A stretch of 64,000 bases of DNA from Rikenellaceae bacterium (GTDB taxonomy: Bacteria > Bacteroidota > Bacteroidia > Bacteroidales > Rikenellaceae), in contig JBCQWG010000004.1 in NCBI GenBank assembly GCA_047172325.1, forward strand, positions 7,118-71,117, read 5' to 3'. Each line of letters opens with the position of its first letter. Within the stretch, counting starts at the first letter, position 1. The notes under the pieces are model-generated. The model was not told the origin of the DNA and made no database searches. It saw only the letters and a program-made list of their open reading frames with translations. Below, one piece after another: positions 38,016-48,311 of the stretch. A program made the translations under genes and the position numbers.

Positions 38016-40052
38016 CTATGAAATATTTTTCAACATCTCTGTAACCTCTTCAAATACGGTTTGACCATTATAGCCAAATTTCTCATCAAGAACTTTAAAT
38101 GGTGCTGAATAGCCAAAATGATTTAAGCCATGAATTTTACCATTCACTCCAACTAATCCCATTAAATTAACTGGCAAACCAGAGGTCATACCATAACGCA
38201 CAACACCTTCTGGAAGCACACTTTGTTGGTATGATTGAGGTTGATCGCGGAAAAGTCCCTCGCTAGGAGCGCTCACCACACGCACCTGAACACCACTCTG
38301 CTCAAGAAGCTCAGCACCCTCAACAAGAGTTGCTACCTCTGATCCAGAGGCAATCATAACCACTTGAGGTTTAGCGCTATCCATAACTGTATATGCACCT
38401 TTAGATAGCTGCTGTGCCTCTACTCGTCTGCTATCTCCCAATGCAGGAATATCTTTGATATTCTGACGTGAGAGAATTAAACCTACTGGGCGACGCTCCT
38501 CAAGGGCTTGCTTCCATGCCACAACAGTCTCATCACCATCCGCAGGGCGAAGAACAACCATCGAACGCTCTCCACGATGATTATGAAGATGCTCCATAAG
38601 GCGAATCTGAGCCTCTTGCTCAATGGGCTGATGTGTTGGACCATCCTCACCCACTCTGAACGAATCATGTGTCCAGATATAAATTACATGAAGACGCATA
38701 AGTGCTGAGAGACGAATTGCAGGCTTCATATAGTCTGAGAAGACGAAGAATGTTCCACATGCAGGGATCACACCTCCATGAAGAGCCATACCATTAATAA
38801 TGCAGGCCATGGTCAACTCCGAAACACCCGCATTAAAGAACTTACCAGAGAAATCACCCTTCGTAAATGCTGTTGTCTTCTTCAAGAAGCCATCTGTTTT
38901 ATCAGAGTTGCTCAAATCAGCCGATGCAACAATCATATTATCAATATGTTCAGCATAGTGGCCAAGTACTGTGGCAGAAGCTGAACGAGTAGCGACGTTG
39001 GCACCAACCTCGATTGAGTTGTAATCAATTACAGGAGTTGCATCATCTAAAAATGTATCGAGCTTAACAGCCAACTGAGGATTCTCAGCGCGCCATGCAG
39101 CTTCAACTGCTACTTGCTCCTGCATCCACTGAGCTAACTCTACGCGACGTGCAGCATAGATCTCGGCACTCTCCTCGAAGATCTCAAACGGCTCATTTGT
39201 ATGACCGCCAAGATTCATGATGGTAGCATTTATATCGCCTCCCGCAGCAGTAAGTGGCTGACCATGTGTTGAGACCATATGTTCAAGACTTGAGCCATCT
39301 GCTCTAAGTGCACCCTTTGCCATAATAGTCTTACCAATAATCAAGGTCGGGCGCTCTGCCTCTGCATTTGCTGCAATAAGCGCCTCACGGATCTGCTCTA
39401 CAGATTGGCCGTCGACATTAATTACACGCCAGCCCCATGCTAGATATTTCTGCTCAACATCCTCGCTATCAACCTCATCTACTTTTGTAGAGAGCTGCAC
39501 ATTGTTAGCATCATAGTACATGATGAAGTTACTCAATCCTAAGTGACCCGCAACACGGCCGACACCTTGCGAGATCTCCTCTTGAACTGCTCCATCAGAG
39601 ATATAAGCATAGGTCTTATGCGCCATCCACTCACCAAAGCGAGCAACCATAAAACGTTCAACAATCGCTGCACCAAGAGCCATGGCATGACCCTGCCCAA
39701 GAGGGCCAGAGGTATTCTCCACACCACGCAACACATCAACCTCTGGATGACCGGGAGTAATACTCTGCCACTGACGCAACGACTTTAGATCGTCAAGAGA
39801 GTAGTGACCAGCCAAGGATAATGTAGAATAGAGCATTGGCGACATATGACCCGGATCAAGGAATAGACGATCGCGATAGGGGTAATCCATACGAGATGGG
39901 TCATAACGCAAAAACTCAGCATATAGGACATTGATAAAATCAGCTCCTCCCATCGCCCCACCGGGGTGTCCAGATTTAGCTCGCTCTACCATTACAGCAG
40001 ACAATAAACGAATGTTATCCGCCGCACGATTCATTTTTTGATTGTCGAACAT
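38016..40052 (-). CDS. tkt: Transketolase
   Basis: SGHPGG, TPGHPE, SGPLGQG, SDGAVQE, ADL, THDS, GEDGPTHQPIE. Confidence 0.96.
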   Translation of the reverse strand: MFDNQKMNRAADNIRLLSAVMVERAKSGHPGGAMGGADFINVLYAEFLRYDPSRMDYPYRDRLFLDPGHMSPMLYSTLSLAGHYSLDDLKSLRQWQSITPGHPEVDVLRGVENTSGPLGQGHAMALGAAIVERFMVARFGEWMAHKTYAYISDGAVQEEISQGVGRVAGHLGLSNFIMYYDANNVQLSTKVDEVDSEDVEQKYLAWGWRVINVDGQSVEQIREALIAANAEAERPTLIIGKTIMAKGALRADGSSLEHMVSTHGQPLTAAGGDINATIMNLGGHTNEPFEIFEESAEIYAARRVELAQWMQEQVAVEAAWRAENPQLAVKLDTFLDDATPVIDYNSIEVGANVATRSASATVLGHYAEHIDNMIVASADLSNSDKTDGFLKKTTAFTKGDFSGKFFNAGVSELTMACIINGMALHGGVIPACGTFFVFSDYMKPAIRLSALMRLHVIYIWTHDSFRVGEDGPTHQPIEQEAQIRLMEHLHNHRGERSMVVLRPADGDETVVAWKQALEERRPVGLILSRQNIKDIPALGDSRRVEAQQLSKGAYTVMDSAKPQVVMIASGSEVATLVEGAELLEQSGVQVRVVSAPSEGLFRDQPQSYQQSVLPEGVVRYGMTSGLPVNLMGLVGVNGKIHGLNHFGYSAPFKVLDEKFGYNGQTVFEEVTEMLKNIS

Positions 40053-40093
40053 TATTTTTTCTGTTTTAAGTTTGTTTTATTATAGTTTTAGTT

Positions 40094-41389
40094 TTAACCT
40101 ACTTGCTTAAATGATAAACTAACCTCTGAGTCAACTTTCTCCTTAGCATAGGACAGCGTAACACAAAACTCGTTGATCTCTAAAGAGGGAATATCAAACA
40201 TTATATCAGTCATAATTGCCTCACATATAGAGCGAAGGCCTCGTGCACCCAACTTATACTCGACTGCCTTATCGACGATGTAATCTAATACAGCCTCTTC
40301 AAAACTTAACTCAACACCATCCATCTCGAAGAGGTGTTTATACTGACGTATGATAGCGTTCTCTGGCTCTGTAAGGATCATTCTTAAGGTAGCCCTATCT
40401 AGAGGTTCCATATAGGTTAACACTGGTAGACGCCCTATAAGTTCAGGAATAAGACCAAATGACTTAACATCTTGATGTGTAACATATTGCATAAGGTTAT
40501 TTCTATCGGCCCTATCACCACTCTTCTGGCCATATCCAATAGCACGAGTATTGAGTCGTTGAGCAATCTTACGCTCAATGCCATCAAAAGCTCCTCCACA
40601 GATAAATAGAATATTCTTCGTATTCACCTGCACAAACTTTTGATCTGGATGCTTTCTTCCTCCTTGCGGTGGAACATTAACGATGGCACCCTCCAAGATT
40701 TTAAGCATAGCTTGCTGCACACCCTCTCCCGATACATCGCGAGTGATGCTTGGATTATCTCCCTTACGAGCAATCTTATCAATCTCATCAATAAATACTA
40801 TACCCTTTTCCGCTAGCTCAACGTTGTAATCGGCAGCCTGCAACAGACGCGAAAGAATACCTTCAACATCTTCTCCAACGTAACCAGCCTCGGTTAGAAC
40901 CGTTGCGTCAACAATGGTGAATGGAACCTTAAGCAGCTTTGCTATAGTTCGTGCAATAAGGGTTTTACCAGTTCCGGTAGGTCCGATCAAGAGAATATTT
41001 GATTTGTCTATCTCTATTGTATTATCCTCCGCCCCGAAGTATGCCGTGAGGCGTTTATAGTGATTATAGACTGCAACGGACATATATCGCTTTGCTGCAT
41101 CCTGCCCAACTACATACTTATCTAGAAACTCCTTTATCTCTCGCGGTTTATGAGTTTGTGTATAGATGAAATCCTCACTATTTTTTGTACGCTTAACCTT
41201 CTCTACGATCTCATTCTCAACTAAAATATTGTAGCCATTCTCAATACATTTACCACAAATATTTACGCCTCCCTCTCCTGCAAAAAGAATGTGAGCCTCT
41301 GAGCGTGGAGCACCACAAAAAGCACAACGGTCACTATTATTGCCTGACCCTCCACCTCTATTACTTTTTGTATTTTTATTTTGAACCAT
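40094..41389 (-). CDS. clpX: ATP-dependent Clp protease ATPase subunit ClpX
   Basis: Zn finger [42 protein letters not shown]. Confidence 0.97.
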   Translation of the reverse strand: MVQNKNTKSNRGGGSGNNSDRCAFCGAPRSEAHILFAGEGGVNICGKCIENGYNILVENEIVEKVKRTKNSEDFIYTQTHKPREIKEFLDKYVVGQDAAKRYMSVAVYNHYKRLTAYFGAEDNTIEIDKSNILLIGPTGTGKTLIARTIAKLLKVPFTIVDATVLTEAGYVGEDVEGILSRLLQAADYNVELAEKGIVFIDEIDKIARKGDNPSITRDVSGEGVQQAMLKILEGAIVNVPPQGGRKHPDQKFVQVNTKNILFICGGAFDGIERKIAQRLNTRAIGYGQKSGDRADRNNLMQYVTHQDVKSFGLIPELIGRLPVLTYMEPLDRATLRMILTEPENAIIRQYKHLFEMDGVELSFEEAVLDYIVDKAVEYKLGARGLRSICEAIMTDIMFDIPSLEINEFCVTLSYAKEKVDSEVSLSFKQVG

Positions 41390-41398
41390 TATCTACAA

Positions 41399-42061
41399 CT
41401 ATCTCTTTACCAAAACTTCATCTATCAAACCATACTCCTTAGCCTCAATCGAACTCATCCAATAGTCGCGATCTGCATCTTTTGCAAACTTCTCAATTGG
41501 AGTTCCTGAGTGATGCGACATAATTTTGTATAACTCCTCTCGCGTCTTAACGATTTCGCGCGCCGTGATCTCAATATCAGAGGCTTGGCCCTGAGCTCCG
41601 CCAAGAGGCTGATGGATCATAACGCGAGAGTGGGGCAAGGCTGTACGCTTACCCGCAGCACCAGCACAAAGCAATACCGCGCCCATAGAGGCAGCCAGAC
41701 CTGTACAGATTGTAGCTACATCTGGCTTCACAAGCTGCATTGTATCATATATACCTAGACCCGCAGTGACTGAACCTCCGGGCGAATTTAAGTAGATCTG
41801 AATGTCTTGATCTGGATCTGTTGACTCCAAAAAGAGTAATTGAGCTTGAATAATATTTGCTGCATCATCATAGATAGGGGCTCCAAGAAAGATGATGCGA
41901 TCCATCATCAAACGCGAAAAAACATCCATCGAAACAGCATTTAACTGACGCTCCTCGATGATGGTGGGCGAAACATAACCAGACGCTACCGACTGGAAGT
42001 TATGCAACTTTAATGAACTTATGCCGCAGTGACCTTTGGCGTATTTCTCAAATTCTGACAT
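41399..42061 (-). CDS. clpP: Clp protease proteolytic subunit
   Basis: DVFSRL, NSPGG, AASMG, MIHQP, RDYWM. Confidence 0.97.
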   Translation of the reverse strand: MSEFEKYAKGHCGISSLKLHNFQSVASGYVSPTIIEERQLNAVSMDVFSRLMMDRIIFLGAPIYDDAANIIQAQLLFLESTDPDQDIQIYLNSPGGSVTAGLGIYDTMQLVKPDVATICTGLAASMGAVLLCAGAAGKRTALPHSRVMIHQPLGGAQGQASDIEITAREIVKTREELYKIMSHHSGTPIEKFAKDADRDYWMSSIEAKEYGLIDEVLVKR

Positions 42062-42123
42062 ATTCAAAGTGTTTATATTGTAAGTTGTTTCAACTCTAAG
42101 GTCATACTTTGTGCCATAGAATT

Positions 42124-42154
42124 AAAAAACTCTGCAAACTTTCGTTTACAGAGT
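42124..42154 (-). terminator. Intrinsic terminator after the FKBP gene, overlapping the clpP promoter start
   Basis: Minus strand ACTCTGTAAAC-GAAA-GTTTGCAGAGT-TTTTT; -7 element TATCTTTG at 42156-42163. Confidence 0.65.
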
Positions 42155-42234
42155 CCAAAGATATTATTTTTTTTCGATATTATAAAATTAATCTTGCTAA
42201 ATAACAAGATTGTTAGTTTATAAAATCTCTATTA

Positions 42235-43326
42235 CTACTCCTCAGCTGGAGTTGAAACTACATCAATAAGTTCTACGTCAAAGTATAGAGCATCATTACC
42301 CTTGATATCGGCACCTGCGCCACGCTCGCCATATGCAAGCTCTGACGGGATCCACAAAGAGATACGGCCACCCTTACCTACAAGCTTCATACCCTCAGTC
42401 CAACCCGGAATAACTCTGTTCAATGGGAACTCAATAATCTCACCATCCTCTGGAAGCTCACCATTATCACTTTGAGACTTGATATACTCCTTACGCTGCT
42501 CATCCATCTCGTCGTAACGTGATGAGTCAAAAACTTTACCCTCACGAGTTTTACCTGTGTACTTAACCTTAACTACATCTGTATCATTAACAGCCTTGAT
42601 AGAGTCGTCACCAGCAACCTCAATCTTATAAAGTATGCCGCTTTCGGTCTTCTTAACACCAGATTTAGACTCGATTGAAGCCAACCACTCCTCAGAAGCA
42701 GCCTTATTCTTTGCAGGGAGAGTAACTGTGAAGAACTCTTGGATCTTAGCGCCAGCCTCCTCATCGGTCAACTTCTGCTCGCCTGCTATAACGTCAGCGA
42801 AAGATTTCTCTACCCATACTGTTTGAACTGGGATACCTGCATTAACAATGCTTGAACCAAGGTCATTACCCAAAGCTGCCGAAATTGATTTACGCTCTGC
42901 CTCATTCTCGAACATTGACGCATCAGCTCTTGGCATACTACAACGAGCAGCTTGAACCGCAGCTACATCTGCGCCATTAGCTATAGCCACGCTATCTGCT
43001 TGATCGCGTAAGTGCTCTACATTCAGAGATCTAGCTTGACGCTTTGTCATAAAATAATCTTGAAGCAACTCTGAAGCCTCCTCGTGAGTAACCTTATTTG
43101 TACCATTTGCAGAAGCGATAAGAGACTCCACAAGCGCATCGTAATCCAATGGAAGATCCTCAAGCTGAACCTTAGTCATACCTGCAAGGTTAACACCAAC
43201 TGCATAAGAAAGTGTATCGAACTGAGAAAGGCTACCTTTAGTAACTGTTGCATTTTTTGAACCACCAGCACATGATGCCATCAAAAAAGCACCAACAACA
43301 GCTGCCATAAAAATTAATTTTTTCAT
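42235..43326 (-). CDS. FKBP-type peptidyl-prolyl isomerase, lipoprotein (FkpA/Mip-like)
   Basis: Lipobox MASC; DTLSYAVG; TESGILY, VFDSS, VIPGWTEG, IPSELAYG, FDVEL. Promoter TATCTTTG at 43372-43379. Confidence 0.9.
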   Translation of the reverse strand: MKKLIFMAAVVGAFLMASCAGGSKNATVTKGSLSQFDTLSYAVGVNLAGMTKVQLEDLPLDYDALVESLIASANGTNKVTHEEASELLQDYFMTKRQARSLNVEHLRDQADSVAIANGADVAAVQAARCSMPRADASMFENEAERKSISAALGNDLGSSIVNAGIPVQTVWVEKSFADVIAGEQKLTDEEAGAKIQEFFTVTLPAKNKAASEEWLASIESKSGVKKTESGILYKIEVAGDDSIKAVNDTDVVKVKYTGKTREGKVFDSSRYDEMDEQRKEYIKSQSDNGELPEDGEIIEFPLNRVIPGWTEGMKLVGKGGRISLWIPSELAYGERGAGADIKGNDALYFDVELIDVVSTPAEE

Positions 43327-43409
43327 TTTTCTATTATTAAATTATTGTTTATGATAATTCAGATATTCGCACAAAGATATATAAAAAATGGAGAACAACA
43401 AATATTTTT

Positions 43410-44420
43410 TCAGTATTTATCAAAGGTTTTACATCCAAACATCACCTTTAAAAGAAGTGACCCTTGATAGATATGACATGGCTCTGAGCGTCGTGCCTGT
43501 TGTATAATTTTACGCTTCTCACTAAGCTGGGGATGCCATTTAATAAAATTGCAATAGGCACCGAAAACAGCTTTAAAATTTCCTATCTCCCCCTTAAGCA
43601 GATATGAAAACGCCGCTAATAGATCTAAAAATGGTCTAACAACTGCAACAACTACTCTCTGCTTACATAATGAACACTTATATAACATAGCTAAGTTGTT
43701 ACGATGATTTAGATATGTTTTACGCGGCGACGAGCTATTAAGAGTCCCTCCTCCAAGGTGATAGACAACACTCTGCGGTATGACCTCAACACGATATCCA
43801 GCAAGAGCAAAACGCCAACAGAGGTCAATCTCCTCCATATGCGCAAAGAAATCCTCATCGAAACCTCCCACCTCTTTGAATGTCGAAAGACGACACGCAA
43901 AAGCTGCCCCACTAACCCAGAACACATCTCTACGATCGTCATATTGGCCCAAATCTCTCTCTATATTTTGTAATATGCGACCTCGGCAAAATGGATAACC
44001 TAAATAATCAATATATCCGCCCGAAGCTCCCGCATACTCAAAATATGATTTATCTTCATATGATAATAGCTTGGGGGCAACTGCCGCAAGTGAGTGATCT
44101 GCTCTCAGAGCATCAAAGAGAGGTTCACTCCACCCTTCACTAACCTCAACATCTGAATTAAGCAACACTACAAAATCATACTCAAGGGAGGATAAGGCTA
44201 TATTATAACCACCCGCAAACCCGTAGTTTTGGTTTAACTCAACCACCTTAACACTCTTAAAATCACTTTGTAGCATATGTACGGAGTGATCCGAAGAGCC
44301 ATTGTCAACTACAACGATATCAGTCGAGGAGGGAGTATACTTAACAACAGAGGGTAGGAACTCCGCCAAGTGCCTCTCGCCATTCCAATTCAGTATAACT
44401 ATTGCTTGTTGTGCTTCCAT
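43410..44420 (-). CDS. Glycosyltransferase family 2
   Basis: IVILNWNG, VDNGSSD, GFAGGYN, LLNSD, EEIDLC. Confidence 0.9.
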   Translation of the reverse strand: MEAQQAIVILNWNGERHLAEFLPSVVKYTPSSTDIVVVDNGSSDHSVHMLQSDFKSVKVVELNQNYGFAGGYNIALSSLEYDFVVLLNSDVEVSEGWSEPLFDALRADHSLAAVAPKLLSYEDKSYFEYAGASGGYIDYLGYPFCRGRILQNIERDLGQYDDRRDVFWVSGAAFACRLSTFKEVGGFDEDFFAHMEEIDLCWRFALAGYRVEVIPQSVVYHLGGGTLNSSSPRKTYLNHRNNLAMLYKCSLCKQRVVVAVVRPFLDLLAAFSYLLKGEIGNFKAVFGAYCNFIKWHPQLSEKRKIIQQARRSEPCHIYQGSLLLKVMFGCKTFDKY

Positions 44421-45325
44421 TTATTCGGGTTGTGTTTCCAGCGACGATGTGACCAAAGCCACAAATGAGGATTTTCACGTATTACCCTCTCTAACTTCTC
44501 CACATAACGACGCGTTATTTCAAAAGGTTCAACACTCTCAATGCCATCATGAATCAACTCATATTCAAGTTGATACCTACCTCTACCTAATCTTTGTTGA
44601 TATATAAAGTAAACTGGCATTTTGAGTTTAAGAGCTATCTTCTCTCCACCATCAAAAAAGATTGTCTCTTGATTCATAAACTTAATCCATTGACTATTCA
44701 AACGACGTGGTGGGTTCTGGTCCGCAATAAGCCCTACAACATAATTGAGACCATTTACACCATCTTGATGCTCCAAGCAATAACGAATAGTCTCTTTTAA
44801 TGCCACAGTCTCCACATTTTTGTGGTTACGTAAGCGTTTGAAAAGTTCATCAAAAACTCTATTTTCAAGAGGATGATAGACTGCAATCAATGATTGATCG
44901 GCAAACTTCGCCCAAAACATTAAATACTCCCAAAGGCCATGATGTGCAGTTAACGCAACCCATGATTGCCCCGCGGTCAATCCTTTAAGTTTATTGATCG
45001 GTTTATCCTCATCTTGACTCAATATCGTCTTCTCAGCCTTAGCTCCAGCAAGTGAAACAGTGCTCACCACCACCTCTGCCAGATAGTGATAAAACTCTTT
45101 ACTGATCTTTGCTCGTTGCTGATCTGCTAATTCGGGGTATGCATTACGCAAATTCTTATCAACCACTCTCCTGCGATAACGGCAACAGTGATATATCAGA
45201 AAAAATAGTATATCGGCAAGAAAATAGTACCTGAACCAATGAGGTGTAATACTTATAGCGCGACAAAAAAGCCAAATTAGCTCAAGCGAGACTCTTTGCA
45301 AAAAATTCAATTTACTATTGCTCAT
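44399..45325 (-). CDS. Lipid A biosynthesis acyltransferase (LpxL-like)
   Basis: YRRRVVDKNL, AHHGLWE, LIADQ, WLWSHRRWK. Start moved to ATG 45325. Confidence 0.85.
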   Translation of the reverse strand: MSNSKLNFLQRVSLELIWLFCRAISITPHWFRYYFLADILFFLIYHCCRYRRRVVDKNLRNAYPELADQQRAKISKEFYHYLAEVVVSTVSLAGAKAEKTILSQDEDKPINKLKGLTAGQSWVALTAHHGLWEYLMFWAKFADQSLIAVYHPLENRVFDELFKRLRNHKNVETVALKETIRYCLEHQDGVNGLNYVVGLIADQNPPRRLNSQWIKFMNQETIFFDGGEKIALKLKMPVYFIYQQRLGRGRYQLEYELIHDGIESVEPFEITRRYVEKLERVIRENPHLWLWSHRRWKHNPNKWKHNKQ

Positions 45326-46016
45326 TACCTCTACTCTTCTTGATTTTTGGTTTTCCCGCCAACACCACCACAAACTCCCCTTTGGGCTCATGTGCCAAGA
45401 AGTATGATAACACCTCTGCAAGAGTACCTCTCACGGTCTGCTCAAACTTCTTTGTAAGCTCGCGCGAAACAGATACCTGTCGCTCCTCACCAAAAAACTC
45501 TATCATCTGCTCAAGAGTCTTAATGACTCTATAAGGGGATTCATAAAAGATCATTGTGCGCTCCTCATCACAAAGCGATATAAAATGCTTGTTGCGGCCT
45601 TTCTTCTGCGGGAGAAACCCCTCAAAGCAAAAACGATCGCAAGGAAAGCCACTCTGCACAAGAGCAGGAACAAATGCTGTAGCTCCGGGAAGTGTCTCCA
45701 CATCGATCCCCTGCTCAACACATGTGCGCACCAATAAGAAACCGGGGTCTGAGATACCGGGGGTGCCTGCATCCGAGACTAAAGCTACATTACGTCCCGC
45801 AACGATACTCTCAGCGACCATCTTCACTGTAGCATGCTCGTTGAACTTATGGTGAGAATATAATCTCTTCTCAATGCCCAAATGTTTAAGCAAGAAGAGA
45901 GTGGTGCGGGTATCTTCAGCTAAAATAAAATCTACATCTTTAAGGACGTTAATTGCCCTTAAGGTGATATCTTCAAGGTTCCCTATAGGGGTTGGTACAA
46001 TATATAATTTTGACAC
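45315..46016 (-). CDS. rsmI: 16S rRNA C1402 2'-O-methyltransferase
   Basis: PTPIGNLEDIT, AEDTR, SDAGTPGISDPG, YESPYR, RELTKKFE. Confidence 0.96.
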   Translation of the reverse strand: MSKLYIVPTPIGNLEDITLRAINVLKDVDFILAEDTRTTLFLLKHLGIEKRLYSHHKFNEHATVKMVAESIVAGRNVALVSDAGTPGISDPGFLLVRTCVEQGIDVETLPGATAFVPALVQSGFPCDRFCFEGFLPQKKGRNKHFISLCDEERTMIFYESPYRVIKTLEQMIEFFGEERQVSVSRELTKKFEQTVRGTLAEVLSYFLAHEPKGEFVVVLAGKPKIKKSRGNEQ

Positions 46017-46018
46017 TA

Positions 46019-46903
46019 TTAATTTATGTTAAATTTATGTTCAAGGATTGACAAAAGCAACTTTGTAGCTTCGCCATCAGGATCCCAATTAAAATTCTCG
46101 GCAATATAGATGATTGCATCATCATAATTATCAAACCCATCTATCTTAGCCAATACCTCATGACAAAGATGCGGGTCGTCGCCAAAAAGATCTCGCGCCA
46201 AAAGATAACGCTCATTGATCCCCAACTCCTCGAAAGATCTATAAACATGCGCATCGGAGAGTGTTTGATGCGTGGTGTGATTTGAGATACGATCAGCAAT
46301 TGTCTCAACATCGTTCGTATATGTATCAGCCAAGGTTGTTATTGGAGCTGTGAAATCCCCTACGATTATTGGGTTGATTGAGGAGTCTTCGCTCTTAGGC
46401 TCTTCCGAAGGTGGAGTCACTTTCTCACCACCCGTCAACTTAGATACAATCTTCTTGGTTATTTTACCACTCTTAGCCTTTAACGAAGCATCGTCATCAT
46501 AGAGTGACATCAAAACACTTCGACGACGCTTCTGTTTTGGTATAGTATCTATATCAAATAATAGATTATCACCATCTTGCCTACGCTGAGGTGCCACCTC
46601 TACTTCTGGTTCTGGTTCTGGTTCTGGTTCTGGCGCCACCTCTACTTCTGGCTCAACTAATGACACGGCATCAATATCTATATCAACCACATAGGGCACA
46701 ACAACCTCTGAAACCTGTTCGGGCAGCTCTGAGCTATCAGCCTCTTGCGAAGAGACTGTAAGAAACATAACGTTGTCATAGAGTCGCCTCAACTTGAAAA
46801 GCACCACATCTTTCTCTATTTGAGAAGGTTGCAACTCAGGGATCCATCCTGCAACAAGGAGCGAGAGTTCATCTATCTCTCTGCGTATCTCATCTATATT
46901 CAT
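46019..46903 (-). CDS. Hypothetical protein with acidic Pro/Glu linker and conserved-looking helical C-terminal domain
   Basis: 294-aa ORF in operon context; GINERYLLARDLF C-terminal block. Confidence 0.7.
   Translation of the reverse strand: MNIDEIRREIDELSLLVAGWIPELQPSQIEKDVVLFKLRRLYDNVMFLTVSSQEADSSELPEQVSEVVVPYVVDIDIDAVSLVEPEVEVAPEPEPEPEPEVEVAPQRRQDGDNLLFDIDTIPKQKRRRSVLMSLYDDDASLKAKSGKITKKIVSKLTGGEKVTPPSEEPKSEDSSINPIIVGDFTAPITTLADTYTNDVETIADRISNHTTHQTLSDAHVYRSFEELGINERYLLARDLFGDDPHLCHEVLAKIDGFDNYDDAIIYIAENFNWDPDGEATKLLLSILEHKFNIN
46593..46651. repeat. In-frame (TTCTGG)x5 microsatellite between 17-bp direct repeats
   Basis: TTCTGG x5 at 46604-46633; GCCACCTCTACTTCTGG at 46593-46609 and 46635-46651; encodes PEVEVAPEPEPEPEPEVEVAP. 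Confidence 0.85.
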
Positions 46904-46930
46904 ACCATTACATATTTAATTTACACCACT

Positions 46931-48259
46931 CTAAAACTCAATAAGTAACAAATCACTATTCCACTCTCCAGAGCTACCATCATAGATAATTGGTCGCTGC
47001 TTCTCTCTTTGCTTAAGATATAGGTAGCTCTCATAGAGATTAATACCATTAAGCGAATTCTCAGCAAGCGAGTACCCAACCACTGATGGATGACGCTTTG
47101 TCGTATTATACATTGCATCTGTACGCTCGATATATTCAAACACTCTTTGGGGGTCATTGGTCGGATTACCACCTCTAAGAATATTATCACCACTCTTCGA
47201 GCTATTAATTGGAGCTGTGGCAATGATATAGAGCCCTATGCTATCTGCATAGTTATATAATGACGCATTATAGACTCCTGCTGCAACCTTCACCGTGTTA
47301 TAACCTCTCTCCTTAGCCTCCATCATCTGCCCGAAATCAGATAAAGATGACATCTCTACAGCTTTCAGACTCTGCTCAACACCATTTATCATCAACTCAC
47401 CACCCTTACCAAGCTCCACGGAACGCAATCCAAGGAGGAAAGATAGATACTCAAGATGACGACCACGATATTGTGTTGAGAGATTTAAACGGTATTGGTT
47501 AGGATTCTCAATACTCCACGCCAAGGAGTCTGGAATTATTGTAGATAGGCGGATAGTATCCTCTCGACGCATATCCAAATTAATATCATGGTGACCACGT
47601 GTGACAACATCGCCTCTAGGTGATATCAACTCATAGTTTATACGAGAGGTGCGAGCATTAAGCGCCTCGCTTTTAACGATAATTGAGATATTAGATGTCA
47701 ACACATTAAACGATCTAGTTGTCGCAACATCCAAATCACGAATATACATCGTCGGTTGCGAGAGCATCGTAACAGCTCCAAGCGAAGGAGTATTGACATC
47801 ACTCCACCCCTCCAACTCTTTTATATTTGAGTTAAGATCCATTACAATTTGAAGAGTTGATTCTGACTCTTTACGAAGGTAATTTGTAATGTTGAATTGC
47901 GCTGGCATTGCTGGAGTAGCACTATACCCCACCTCACGACCATCGACAAGAAGCCGATATGGAGCCGATGCCGACTCTATAGAGATGACTGCCTGACGAC
48001 CTAACCATGAGAAAGGTGCTTCAAAGGTGGAGGCATAAACCATCTCTGCCGTTGCAATCTGCTGCGACCAATCTTCGAGAGGTAAAACGTAACGCAGGGC
48101 ATCGGGCGCATCGCTATCAGATTCAAGAGCTGTAGAGCGCGGCAAAATTGAGCTGCGAAAAGGTTCTATATTGGATGACTTGCTCTGCTCCACATCCATC
48201 TCTTGAGCAAAAGAGTTGATCGAAGCCAAAAGCAAAATTATATATGGGGTTATTCTCAT
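46931..48259 (-). CDS. Truncated, degenerate GH2 (LacZ-like) protein with signal peptide
   Basis: LacZ-like landmarks: FNITNYL, WSIENPNQY, GLRSVE, LMING, YNTV, ADSIGLY, RHPSVVGYSL, RPIIYD. Start moved to ATG 48259 (signal peptide MRITPYIILLLASINSFA). Confidence 0.7.
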   Translation of the reverse strand: MRITPYIILLLASINSFAQEMDVEQSKSSNIEPFRSSILPRSTALESDSDAPDALRYVLPLEDWSQQIATAEMVYASTFEAPFSWLGRQAVISIESASAPYRLLVDGREVGYSATPAMPAQFNITNYLRKESESTLQIVMDLNSNIKELEGWSDVNTPSLGAVTMLSQPTMYIRDLDVATTRSFNVLTSNISIIVKSEALNARTSRINYELISPRGDVVTRGHHDINLDMRREDTIRLSTIIPDSLAWSIENPNQYRLNLSTQYRGRHLEYLSFLLGLRSVELGKGGELMINGVEQSLKAVEMSSLSDFGQMMEAKERGYNTVKVAAGVYNASLYNYADSIGLYIIATAPINSSKSGDNILRGGNPTNDPQRVFEYIERTDAMYNTTKRHPSVVGYSLAENSLNGINLYESYLYLKQREKQRPIIYDGSSGEWNSDLLLIEF

Positions 48260-48311
48260 AAAAGTTTTGTATATTTGCACGGTAAAGATAATAATTTTTT
48301 TCATTAGCACA

